Positions 9,896 to 18,104 of a DNA stretch of 64,000 bases are shown here, piece after piece. The DNA comes from a phage. Numbering within the stretch: position 1 is the first letter of the stretch; every line of letters begins with the position of its first letter. A program made the translations under genes and the position numbers. The stretch lies in the NCBI GenBank assembly GCA_026683435.1, contig GCA_026683435.1_4866.1. The stretch is one strand, 5' to 3'. The notes beneath the pieces are model-generated. The model made no database searches, was not told the DNA's origin, and saw only the letters and a program-made list of their open reading frames with translations.

Positions 9896-11216
9896 TAGCG
9901 AACAGCAAATCCAGTACACACCACGCACGTATCAGGTTGTGACTAACCTGTCATGTAACCTGGACTGCGAATACTGCTACGAGCGTAAATATCCGCGTAA
10001 CAACAAAGTAGCAGACGTGATTGATTTTATCCACGCTTGTTTCGAGCGTGATAAAGATATCCCGAACGTTGAAGTCATCATCGATATCATCGGTGGTGAG
10101 CCGTTCATGCAGCCTAAACTTCTTTTGGCGGCCTTTGAAACCGCAGAGAAGTTATGCGCAGAACACAATCGCCCGTATATGTTCAGTATCTCCACGAACG
10201 GTACGCTTCTGGACCGTCCGCTGAACAAAGAAATTATCGAGCGCTGGAAAGACAAACTGTCTATTGGGGTCTCCATCGATGGTTTACCTGAAGTCCATGA
10301 CAAATATCGTATCTTTACCACGACGCGTGAAGGGTCGTACGAAGCTGCGGTACGCGGTTACAATTATCTGAAGAGTGTTGGCATCGCTGAGCTGGGCGTA
10401 AAGGCGACGTTTACGATCGATACATTGCCGCACTATGCCGCCAGCATGAAATCGTTAATTGACATGTCCGGCGGTGGTACCATCTCTGGTAACGTAACGT
10501 ACGAAGATATCCTGCCGCGCCATATGGCGTTGGATATCGCGAACCAGATGATGGACGTGATGGACTACTGGATTGAGAAGGGTCTGCACACCAACCCGCG
10601 TAACACGATTACACACATCATCCCGGATGGCCTGAACTTTATGGCAACTTGGGACCCGGATTGGCGTGACAAACTCTTACATGACGACTCTGTTCGTCTC
10701 GACCCAGAACGCCTGAAACCGTACTGCGGTACGTTGACGCACATGACCTGTCTCGGCTTTGATCGCAAGATTTACGGTTGTAACCGTTTCATGTCCACGG
10801 TAACTTCCCGCTCTGCTGTAGCAGAACTGGTCGGTCGTGAGTTTGTGAGCCTGGACGGTGGTAAGCTGTTAGAAGAGATTCAAACGCAGTACACCAACTA
10901 CCCAGAAACCTGTTTAGGGTGTCCGATGAAACACAGCTGCGGTAGCTGCGCAGCAGCATCGTACGAAAACGGTGAAGGTACACTGGAAGACCGTAAAGCG
11001 TATCATGCCGAGCGTCGTCAGTGTGGTTGGACTACTGCGAAGCTGATGGCGGCGGAATATTGGTATCAGAAAACTGGTACGACCCGCGCATCAGATTTGC
11101 ATGATAAATCCATGTGCTATTGTTCACGTTGTGTACGCCAACGTGCTGAAGCAGAAAAATTACAAAACGGAGCCCAGAATGAAGTCAATACTGATTCACA
11201 ATTTTACGAAGCGTAA
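9888..11216 (+). CDS. radical SAM enzyme with SPASM-type C-terminal domain (anSME-like RiPP maturase fold)
   Basis: CNLDCEYC (CX3CX2C), GGEPFM, STNGTLL and SIDG motifs, and C-terminal CLGCPMKHSCGSC plus further Cys. Start overlaps the stop of the previous rSAM gene (ATGAGTAA). Confidence 0.8.
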   Translation: MSNSEQQIQYTPRTYQVVTNLSCNLDCEYCYERKYPRNNKVADVIDFIHACFERDKDIPNVEVIIDIIGGEPFMQPKLLLAAFETAEKLCAEHNRPYMFSISTNGTLLDRPLNKEIIERWKDKLSIGVSIDGLPEVHDKYRIFTTTREGSYEAAVRGYNYLKSVGIAELGVKATFTIDTLPHYAASMKSLIDMSGGGTISGNVTYEDILPRHMALDIANQMMDVMDYWIEKGLHTNPRNTITHIIPDGLNFMATWDPDWRDKLLHDDSVRLDPERLKPYCGTLTHMTCLGFDRKIYGCNRFMSTVTSRSAVAELVGREFVSLDGGKLLEEIQTQYTNYPETCLGCPMKHSCGSCAAASYENGEGTLEDRKAYHAERRQCGWTTAKLMAAEYWYQKTGTTRASDLHDKSMCYCSRCVRQRAEAEKLQNGAQNEVNTDSQFYEA

Positions 11217-11745
11217 ACTGCACTTGGTCGATCGCTTCCTGCGCAAAAGCAAGCTGTACAATGTGCACGCAATTGTGGCAGGGGAAGACTTCACTGATGA
11301 AATCCAAAGCCTGTTGATTAAATACGGGCTGAACGTGATGATCCCGGTCTACTGCGTTGAGAAAGGACACGAGTCTGTCGCGGAAATCGAAAAGCGCAAT
11401 CCTGGCTTTGAGAAGCGACTGCTCGCATACCCACGCCACAAAATCGAACTGCTACGTCATTCCATCGATGAAGCCAGTCCTGAAAGTTTAGTGGCTTTGG
11501 GCTTGTCTTTCCCGCGGATGCGTATTCGTAACTTACGCTCCAATAATCCGGTCGACGCGTATTACACAGAGCGTCAAATCTTCGAAGAACACCTGCTCCC
11601 GCAGTTGGAAGAAGAAGAGCAACACAACATTTCTGTGTTGTGGGCCGGTAACCTCGATCAGGACTTCCAGATGCTGGACTTCGGTTTGTTGTTAGAACTT
11701 GGCCTGATTGAGGAGGACGAATGTCTGTTACTGACAAAAGCTTAA
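11179..11745 (+). CDS. hypothetical protein (about 188 aa), cassette accessory candidate
   Basis: ACGGAG upstream of ATG 11179. The ORF-track start 11101 lies deep inside the rSAM gene. Confidence 0.55.
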   Translation: MKSILIHNFTKRKLHLVDRFLRKSKLYNVHAIVAGEDFTDEIQSLLIKYGLNVMIPVYCVEKGHESVAEIEKRNPGFEKRLLAYPRHKIELLRHSIDEASPESLVALGLSFPRMRIRNLRSNNPVDAYYTERQIFEEHLLPQLEEEEQHNISVLWAGNLDQDFQMLDFGLLLELGLIEEDECLLLTKA

Positions 11746-12392
11746 CGAACGAAGAGATCCGCGCCCGTTATTTCCAGCGTGATTTGCCGATTGATCGTCA
11801 CGGTAATTTCATGGAACGAATCGGTGCGCAGGATCAGGGTCGTACCGGATTTTGTGCATTACTCCATTACCATCTCATCGAAGGGATGTCTGATAAAGAA
11901 GCCCTGGCACGTATGAAGCTGTATGAGATGTCGGAGATTGAAGCTAACTTCACATTGAAACGCACGAAAGAGTTTATTGCTAATGTGCTGGAGATTGACC
12001 TCGACGAAATTCGCGGGAATCTGAAATCCACCGCACGTTACATTTACGAAGACGTGCAGAAGATGCTGTTGGAACTTGACCACCGCTACGAAGATGAGCG
12101 TCATGGTTATATCGAGTTTGAAGGTAGCCACTTTCAAGCCGATGAATCGTCGCGCGCCATCCTCGGTCAATACATTCAGGCAGATACCGCACCAGAATAC
12201 TGGCTCGATACGCTGAATACTAAGCACAGTCCGTTTACAGTAGACCAATGTAAAGCGTTGTTGGGCGCTATTGTTGCACGCGACCAGGTGTTGCACTCAG
12301 CAATGGCAGATAACAAACGCCAAATCCGTGAGTTAGCTGAAAAGCGCGATTACACCGGTTTAAAAACATTGTCCGAATCACTCGGCATGTAA
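11721..12392 (+). CDS. hypothetical protein (223 aa), last gene of the rightward block
   Basis: GAGGAGGA RBS. Overlaps the previous gene by 25 nt and is followed by a strong terminator. Confidence 0.65.
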   Translation: MSVTDKSLTNEEIRARYFQRDLPIDRHGNFMERIGAQDQGRTGFCALLHYHLIEGMSDKEALARMKLYEMSEIEANFTLKRTKEFIANVLEIDLDEIRGNLKSTARYIYEDVQKMLLELDHRYEDERHGYIEFEGSHFQADESSRAILGQYIQADTAPEYWLDTLNTKHSPFTVDQCKALLGAIVARDQVLHSAMADNKRQIRELAEKRDYTGLKTLSESLGM

Positions 12393-12406
12393 GCAAAGAA
12401 AATAAA

Positions 12407-12450
12407 GGCCCTACCTCCCCGAAGGGAGGTAGGTACCTTTTATTTATTTC
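12407..12450. terminator. bidirectional intrinsic terminator at the strand-polarity switch
   Basis: Stem CTACCTCCC/GGGAGGTAG with CGAA loop, flanked by T-runs on both strands, between convergent genes. Confidence 0.65.
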
Positions 12451-12472
12451 TTAGAAACTACTAATTGCTCTG

Positions 12473-13021
12473 TTACACGACAGTGTGACCTTCGCCGCCG
12501 AATCCGCCCAGTTCACCGTTGGTGGTGCTCAGGTCAGTTTTAACGATTGGCTGCGTTACAGTATAAACTGCAAGGCTGGCAGGTTGGTATTTAATGTGGC
12601 CTTCTTTCACCTTAACAGTGATGACTTTCTCACCACTGCTGCCGTCCTCGCGTGTAATGGTGAGTTCAGACAACGCAAACGCATCTTCCGTTTCACCGTC
12701 GCCAAATAGTTCTGCGTTGACAAAAGCAAGCACTTCTTCATCGGTATCCCATTCTGCCTGGTCAGCGGTAACTGCTTTCGCACCGATGATGTTCGATGAA
12801 TCGAGGCGGGTATAATGCAGCTCTTTCTCGCCAGTAAAGTTAGCGGATTCCGCGGTGGCAGTGATGGTGAGTTTGGAGTTGCGAGTGTCTCCAGAATCTG
12901 CTGGTGAATAGTCAGCAACAGCGCCGAATGTAACGTCAGCAGAAGTTAACGGACTAGACAGTCCGCTGTTTGCAGCATTAAACAGCGCGACGAGTTGGTC
13001 TTTTGCAGAGATGACTGCCAT
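12473..13021 (-). CDS. small member of the fibre-associated paralogue family (182 aa)
   Basis: AAGGAAA RBS. N-terminal module with 'LHYTRLDSSNI' (family Y-x-R-L motif) and C-terminal 'NGELGGF' shared with the 470-aa paralogues. Confidence 0.65.
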   Translation of the reverse strand: MAVISAKDQLVALFNAANSGLSSPLTSADVTFGAVADYSPADSGDTRNSKLTITATAESANFTGEKELHYTRLDSSNIIGAKAVTADQAEWDTDEEVLAFVNAELFGDGETEDAFALSELTITREDGSSGEKVITVKVKEGHIKYQPASLAVYTVTQPIVKTDLSTTNGELGGFGGEGHTVV

Positions 13022-13144
13022 GGTTGTTTCCTTATAGTAGGTTTGTGGTGCATACTAAATCGTTCTAAAAACAACATAGTGGGCTTAATATGACAGTAAA
13101 GTTGGCTGTTAAACGAGAAAGTTTTTACCACTGAAAGGTACTCT

Positions 13145-13636
13145 ATGAAACGTCTATTTATCGTATTCGCGATTATAAACCTGTTGGCCGGTTGTGTTCA
13201 GTCGCCAAGCAACATAGGACAATTTAGCGCCACACCAGTAAAGAATCACGACTTGGTGATTTATACATGCACAGGGACGCAGGAGAAGTTTGTAGACTAC
13301 CGTCCGGTACTGGACAACCTACAAATGATGCCGCGGTCAGTAACAGTAATGGATGTGGGTGCAAACTGGGTAGCAGCGTGGGACGGTGGCAAACTAGAGT
13401 CACCGATGATGTTTAAAGATACAATTGGCAAAATCGACGGGAATGTTAACACCACCACAGGTGAGCGTTATTACCGTATTAATAAAACCGTAAACGATAG
13501 CCCCACTTATTCTTTTTCGGATGTGAACCCGTATACCGGCGAAGGTAAAGGGATGACATTCTTTCGCTGCAGCAGCGGGTTTATCGGTGAAGTTCCTACT
13601 CCGATTACGATTGTTCCGTTAGAAGAAAATAAATAG
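13145..13636 (+). CDS. putative lipoprotein (163 aa)
   Basis: N-terminal signal peptide with lipobox LLAGC. Followed by a strong hairpin terminator. Confidence 0.65.
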   Translation: MKRLFIVFAIINLLAGCVQSPSNIGQFSATPVKNHDLVIYTCTGTQEKFVDYRPVLDNLQMMPRSVTVMDVGANWVAAWDGGKLESPMMFKDTIGKIDGNVNTTTGERYYRINKTVNDSPTYSFSDVNPYTGEGKGMTFFRCSSGFIGEVPTPITIVPLEENK

Positions 13637-13640
13637 TGTT

Positions 13641-13680
13641 TACCCACTCCCGTAAGGGGAGTGGGTAAGGGCTTTATTTA
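13641..13680 (+). terminator. intrinsic terminator
   Basis: Stem TACCCACTCCC/GGGAGTGGGTA with GTAA loop, then GCTTTATTTA. Confidence 0.6.
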
Positions 13681-13761
13681 CCCTCTAAAACGCTCTGTAA
13701 CGCTCTCTAAGCGCATTAAACGTATCAAATGATAAATGATATTACTTTTGATTAAAGTGGC

Positions 13762-14277
13762 TTAGATTTTAACTAGCTTGCTCCAATCGATGGGTTGTTG
13801 CTTAACCACTTTAACGGTACCACGTGTCGGTGACCAGAAGGTGATATCAGGCTGGTTGCGTACGTCAACATGCAGCCAGGTAATATCGCACTCGATAAAG
13901 TGAATAAACGGAAACTCGTTAGGGTTCGCGGCAATATAGTCGTGTACTTTCTGCAACGGAGTATCAAGCATTGTTGCATCAAACGCATTACCGAATTTAT
14001 GCATACTGCCCGATTCGGCGTACAGTTTGTTTGCACGAGTTTGCCAATCGCCACCCTTTGGTTTCTCTTGATTAATAAAGAACTGCAGGGTACGCAGACT
14101 ACGCTGTTGCTGGGAACTGGTTAAAATCACCATCCGCCCAAAACGATTACGAATCTGTTGGAGCGAGATTAGCAGTAACGGATTAAGGAAACGAATAGCA
14201 CCTTCGCCGTATTTCGCGATGTACTCCTGCGGCATCAACTCTTTTAACGCGAAGTTGGCAGGATTCGGATGAAACAT
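13762..14277 (-). CDS. zinc peptidase, M15-like (peptidoglycan peptidase candidate)
   Basis: 'SGSMHKFGNAFDA' (H..G.A.D) and 'WLHVDVR' motifs are typical of the M15/YcbK-like fold. Adjacent to the endolysin region. Confidence 0.55.
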   Translation of the reverse strand: MFHPNPANFALKELMPQEYIAKYGEGAIRFLNPLLLISLQQIRNRFGRMVILTSSQQQRSLRTLQFFINQEKPKGGDWQTRANKLYAESGSMHKFGNAFDATMLDTPLQKVHDYIAANPNEFPFIHFIECDITWLHVDVRNQPDITFWSPTRGTVKVVKQQPIDWSKLVKI

Positions 14278-14286
14278 TTTCTCTCC

Positions 14287-14928
14287 TTAAGGGGCAGTCA
14301 GGAACGCACGTTTGATATTCAAATACTGCACGTTTACCGGTTGCCCATTAGTAATGTCAACACGTTCGTGTTCAGGAATCGCTAACGTACGCGACGTTCT
14401 AAAGAACAGGTAGTTGCGATTATAGGACAACGTCTTTTCTACCGGCCGGCTATAAACCACTTTAGAGTTATCGTCTACATAGGACGGCCAACCAAACTCG
14501 TGAACGGCACGGTAGAAGGACTTACGAATAAAGGTGTCAACGCCTAATGCCTCCATGATGCGTAAGAACATCAGGTCAGCGAATGTTTTGTCGCAAGCAC
14601 GAGATAGATTACCTTCAACGGTGTCAGGGTAAAAGCCTACCGATGAACGTTTCTGGTAAAACAAATCATGCACACAAGCGGCAGCAGCCCAAGGCCCATC
14701 CGGATGCAGGATAGGACGTAACGCTTCTGGAATGCTTGCCAGGTCCGTCACAAATCCTTTCGGTACCGTTACCCATAACGGGGTATCCGGATGCACACCT
14801 GCTAATGCTACCATCGCATCCATTCCGGCGTGTTCACGATAGAGGCTGCGCAACGTAAACTCGAAATGGAAATCATCCGTGAGGATAAACCACGGCTTCT
14901 CTAACAACTTATACTTAAGTGCTTCCAT
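14287..14928 (-). CDS. DUF1353-like protein (213 aa)
   Basis: 'PKGFVTDLASIP' and 'CVHDLFY' motifs match my recollection of DUF1353. Confidence 0.5.
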   Translation of the reverse strand: MEALKYKLLEKPWFILTDDFHFEFTLRSLYREHAGMDAMVALAGVHPDTPLWVTVPKGFVTDLASIPEALRPILHPDGPWAAAACVHDLFYQKRSSVGFYPDTVEGNLSRACDKTFADLMFLRIMEALGVDTFIRKSFYRAVHEFGWPSYVDDNSKVVYSRPVEKTLSYNRNYLFFRTSRTLAIPEHERVDITNGQPVNVQYLNIKRAFLTAP

Positions 14929-14935
14929 ACTGACC

Positions 14936-15028
14936 TCACGTCATATAACGCACGAGCATCGTGAGGACCATTAATCCCAGTAAAATGGGCATTAAGCCTT
15001 TCGGCCAGTCGTCGTTGTCGTATTGCAT
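14936..15028 (-). CDS. possible very small membrane protein (30 aa; below ORF-track cutoff)
   Basis: GGAGGG RBS 8 nt upstream of the ATG. MQYDNDDWPKGLMPILLGLMVLTMLVRYMT has one hydrophobic helix. Coordinates hand-derived. Confidence 0.3.
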   Translation of the reverse strand: MQYDNDDWPKGLMPILLGLMVLTMLVRYMT

Positions 15029-15118
15029 GGCTTTACCCTCCGACAGAAGATCGCGCGTAATAGTTTGAAGAACCCAGAATCGTAATACGTTTCCGGAACG
15101 GTTTGTACTTCGGGGAAC

Positions 15119-15220
15119 TTAGGCGGAGTTGGACGGTGGGTCATTACGTTTTCTCCTTGCGGCAAAAACAAGGGCGCGCCAGATAGCTTTCATTAAGGCA
15201 GCAAACCAATTCTGTTTCAT
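15119..15220 (-). CDS. possible small ORF (33 aa) coupled to the endolysin stop
   Basis: ATGA overlap with the endolysin stop. MKQNWFAALMKAIWRALVFAARRKRNDPPSNSA has a hydrophobic N-terminus then a basic stretch. Hand-derived. Confidence 0.3.
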   Translation of the reverse strand: MKQNWFAALMKAIWRALVFAARRKRNDPPSNSA

Positions 15221-15834
15221 TTGCACATCCCCAACTTAGCCACGTAGTCTGGCATTTCCTGATAGACGCGGCCATACCAGCCGTAAGTAAACTCTTCGTT
15301 ATCCTCACGCCCTTCACTGATTTCCGTGTAGTACGCAACCTGATGACAGGTTAAAGCGAACATCAGTCGATTCAGGCCCTCTTCCCCACGGGCTTTGATG
15401 AAGCCTTCTAACGCTGTTAACGTACGTGGCCCGATACCACCATCGGCATCGATATCATCGTATAGTTTACCCTGACGGTTTAATACGTTCAGAATACGTT
15501 GCAGGGACTTGATACAGTTACCGCGTCCTGCGTTGATGCCGAAGTCAAACATCCGGTCAGCTAGCAGGACATTCATTTTCATAATCTGGTCTAAGCGCAT
15601 CCGCTGCCACCAGAGCTTGTTGTAAATGTCTAACGCGATTTCTAAGCTCAGGTCACGCATATCCCCTTTATAGCCATATTCTCGCGCAGTGAGTTCAGTG
15701 ACACCGCGGTTCGTTGCTTTGCCCAAATCTTTCGGGTTATTAACGTAACCGGCTTCGATGTTTACTTTGGCACGAATAATGCCCTCTTTACTCCAACGAT
15801 CGACCACGATAACCTCCTGAGTTGATAGGGTCAT
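15217..15834 (-). CDS. endolysin, GH108-like muramidase with C-terminal peptidoglycan-binding-like region
   Basis: N-terminal 'EAGYVNNPKDLGKATNRGVT' resembles the GH108 E-G-G-Y motif. Internal ATG (MTLSTQEV) chosen because the longer ORF start lies inside the upstream terminator hairpin. Confidence 0.55.
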   Translation of the reverse strand: MTLSTQEVIVVDRWSKEGIIRAKVNIEAGYVNNPKDLGKATNRGVTELTAREYGYKGDMRDLSLEIALDIYNKLWWQRMRLDQIMKMNVLLADRMFDFGINAGRGNCIKSLQRILNVLNRQGKLYDDIDADGGIGPRTLTALEGFIKARGEEGLNRLMFALTCHQVAYYTEISEGREDNEEFTYGWYGRVYQEMPDYVAKLGMCK

Positions 15835-15866
15835 AAAAAGAAAGCCTCTTCCCCGTGGGGAAGAGG
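15831..15866 (-). terminator. intrinsic terminator for the upstream fibre gene
   Basis: Stem CCTCTTCCCC/GGGGAAGAGG with T-run on the minus strand. Confidence 0.5.
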
Positions 15867-15912
15867 GCATGGATTATCTTTAGGCTTTAAACCCGTCAAG
15901 TTCCTCGTTAAA

Positions 15913-18090
15913 TTACGATAACGGTATCGTTGGCCGCACCCACGGTTTAGGGGCAGATTTGGTATACGGATTACATTCCATCATTTTACCGAGATACGCA
16001 TCGTAATACACGAAGCGATCGACGTAGAACTTCTCCACCGGTGCACTACTGGTAGCCGATTTCACCCGGTTGCGTTCCACAGCGAGGCTAATCGCCCCGG
16101 TAGGTGCGGGTTTTAGCGTGAACATCACCGCGCGGTTGTAACGCCAAGTGTCGTGCACAATATCAAACTCCGATACACAGTGTGCCATGATACCAAACAA
16201 TGTGGTGGCTGGTAAGTTGGCTACAGCATCGCCGTATGGTGTTCCCACCAAACCGCCGGGTATGTTTTGCTTTTGGAACAGCGTACCTGAAATAATCGTA
16301 CCTAAGAACTCCACAACTACAGGCTTGGTTGGGTCGGTGACTTTATCTATCCCATCCGCACTGGCCAATCGGTTGGCATCTAAATCTGCGAGGTAGTCGA
16401 GGAACTCTTGGTACTCGTTGGTGACATTCGGTTTCACCGTTCCGACGGATACCCAGTTGACGATACTTTTATTCCCACCGACGGCTTCGCCTGCCATCCC
16501 AGGGCGAGTCCATGACATCCCGTCTTCACGACCGTAGACATAGATCGGCGAGCCGGTAGCCGGGGTGTTCCATTGCTCGAACGCTGTATATCGTCCCGGC
16601 TGGCCCCAATCCCCACCCGGACCGCCATAGTAGCGACTCTGGTAGCCGGTAAATTGTGCGACGACTAACTGAGTAGCACCGCCTTTGTCACGGGACCCAG
16701 CTAAGCCGTTACGGTTATTGGTGCCGCTGGGCACCACCGCGCCTGTCCCGAGTGGCGCACCACCAGCTCCACCGATCTTGGTGGTGCTAAACGCATAGTA
16801 GTCGCCCCCACCCCCACCTCCGGCGATGGTGCCGTAGTTTTCGATGGTGACTTTGCCACGGAAGGCATCGGTAATGTGGATTGCGTCAGCTCCGTCTGCT
16901 GATGTGTTCGCAGGCAGAGAATAGACCATACCCGAACCACCACGACCAAGAATGGTTCCCCGGTTAACGAAGTTCCAAACCACCTCGCCAATTTGCGGCA
17001 ATTCGTCGATAACGAACGTCGGTTTCAGGTTGCTGTCGCGATAAACGAAAGCCCCCGCATCTACGGTCACGTTAACAAACAAACGCCCGCACGCCGCATG
17101 GTTGGTCAACGTCGTGGCCCAGTAGCTGTCCGAAACTTGCGACGTAGTTGTGTAGTTCAGGTTAAGGGTTTGCTCGTTATCTTGATAGCGTGCCACATTC
17201 AACGTGGCACTGCCCATGACTTTGTACGAACCCTCCACGGGTGCCAATTGCACTTGTCTTGGCCACTCGCCTGTCAAGTTCTCTACAGGAGCAATTTCGT
17301 TTACATCAAAAACACTCCGAATGCCGAGTGTCTCGATGGCCAGAGCATCGTGCAGGCTACCGGTGAAATCATCCGGGACGTATGTGGTTTTGCCTGCATA
17401 TGTCTCGAGTTTGTTACGTGAAAAGAACACATACTTCGTTCCAAACATCCCGCTCCCCGGTCTAGCGGTCAAAGCTACGACGCTGTTATACGCAGAGGTT
17501 TGGCCTATATCCTCCGGGGACATAGGGGAGCTGACATCGACTTTATCAAGATCCACGATCCGTTTGGTTGCATTAGAGTAGAAGTTAATCCACTGCTGTT
17601 TATTCGCAGCCTTTAGCGTGAGAATGATGTTGGTAACAGTGTAGACGGTGTTGATATCCACGTCACCGTTTATCACATCTAGCGTTTGGCTGCCGTACCA
17701 GATAAGACTTGTCTGTTTCGTCTGGAACGTGATGCGCGCAGCATTGTTTGTCCAAGTGATAGGCAGGTCTTCAAAGTCGTCAGTTAAAAAGGTAATCCCT
17801 AGTAGAGTGTCTAAATGCGGCAACAGTTCGTGGATGGACGCACAAGTGGGAATGGCATCCAACTTAACCTTGGCGAAATAATCAGCAATATTTTGCTTCG
17901 TGACTTGGGCCGTAATTTGACCGTAATTTGAATACCCCGGACCCCCTGTCAGTGTGACGTCTAGGGTTTTTTCGTCACGATGCGCCACGGACACCAGGCG
18001 TACGTTAGCGGGGTCTACTGCTTTGGCGACCGCGTTTTTACGGTTGAGCGACCGAATCACGGTCGCCACTAAATCAGGAGTGTAGGACAT
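15913..18090 (-). CDS. large tail-fibre or receptor-binding-like protein (725 aa)
   Basis: Gly-rich segments (GGGGGDYYAFSTTKIGGAGGAP). C-terminal 'YTKSAPKPWVRP' is shared with the next gene. Confidence 0.7.
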   Translation of the reverse strand: MSYTPDLVATVIRSLNRKNAVAKAVDPANVRLVSVAHRDEKTLDVTLTGGPGYSNYGQITAQVTKQNIADYFAKVKLDAIPTCASIHELLPHLDTLLGITFLTDDFEDLPITWTNNAARITFQTKQTSLIWYGSQTLDVINGDVDINTVYTVTNIILTLKAANKQQWINFYSNATKRIVDLDKVDVSSPMSPEDIGQTSAYNSVVALTARPGSGMFGTKYVFFSRNKLETYAGKTTYVPDDFTGSLHDALAIETLGIRSVFDVNEIAPVENLTGEWPRQVQLAPVEGSYKVMGSATLNVARYQDNEQTLNLNYTTTSQVSDSYWATTLTNHAACGRLFVNVTVDAGAFVYRDSNLKPTFVIDELPQIGEVVWNFVNRGTILGRGGSGMVYSLPANTSADGADAIHITDAFRGKVTIENYGTIAGGGGGGDYYAFSTTKIGGAGGAPLGTGAVVPSGTNNRNGLAGSRDKGGATQLVVAQFTGYQSRYYGGPGGDWGQPGRYTAFEQWNTPATGSPIYVYGREDGMSWTRPGMAGEAVGGNKSIVNWVSVGTVKPNVTNEYQEFLDYLADLDANRLASADGIDKVTDPTKPVVVEFLGTIISGTLFQKQNIPGGLVGTPYGDAVANLPATTLFGIMAHCVSEFDIVHDTWRYNRAVMFTLKPAPTGAISLAVERNRVKSATSSAPVEKFYVDRFVYYDAYLGKMMECNPYTKSAPKPWVRPTIPLS

Positions 18091-18104
18091 GGTGACACCT
18101 TAGT

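Noticed and set aside
15144-15338. Minus-strand 64-aa ORF overlapping the endolysin 3' end
   Set aside because: It is in a different frame inside the endolysin coding region. The small ORFs at 14936-15220 described above are better supported.
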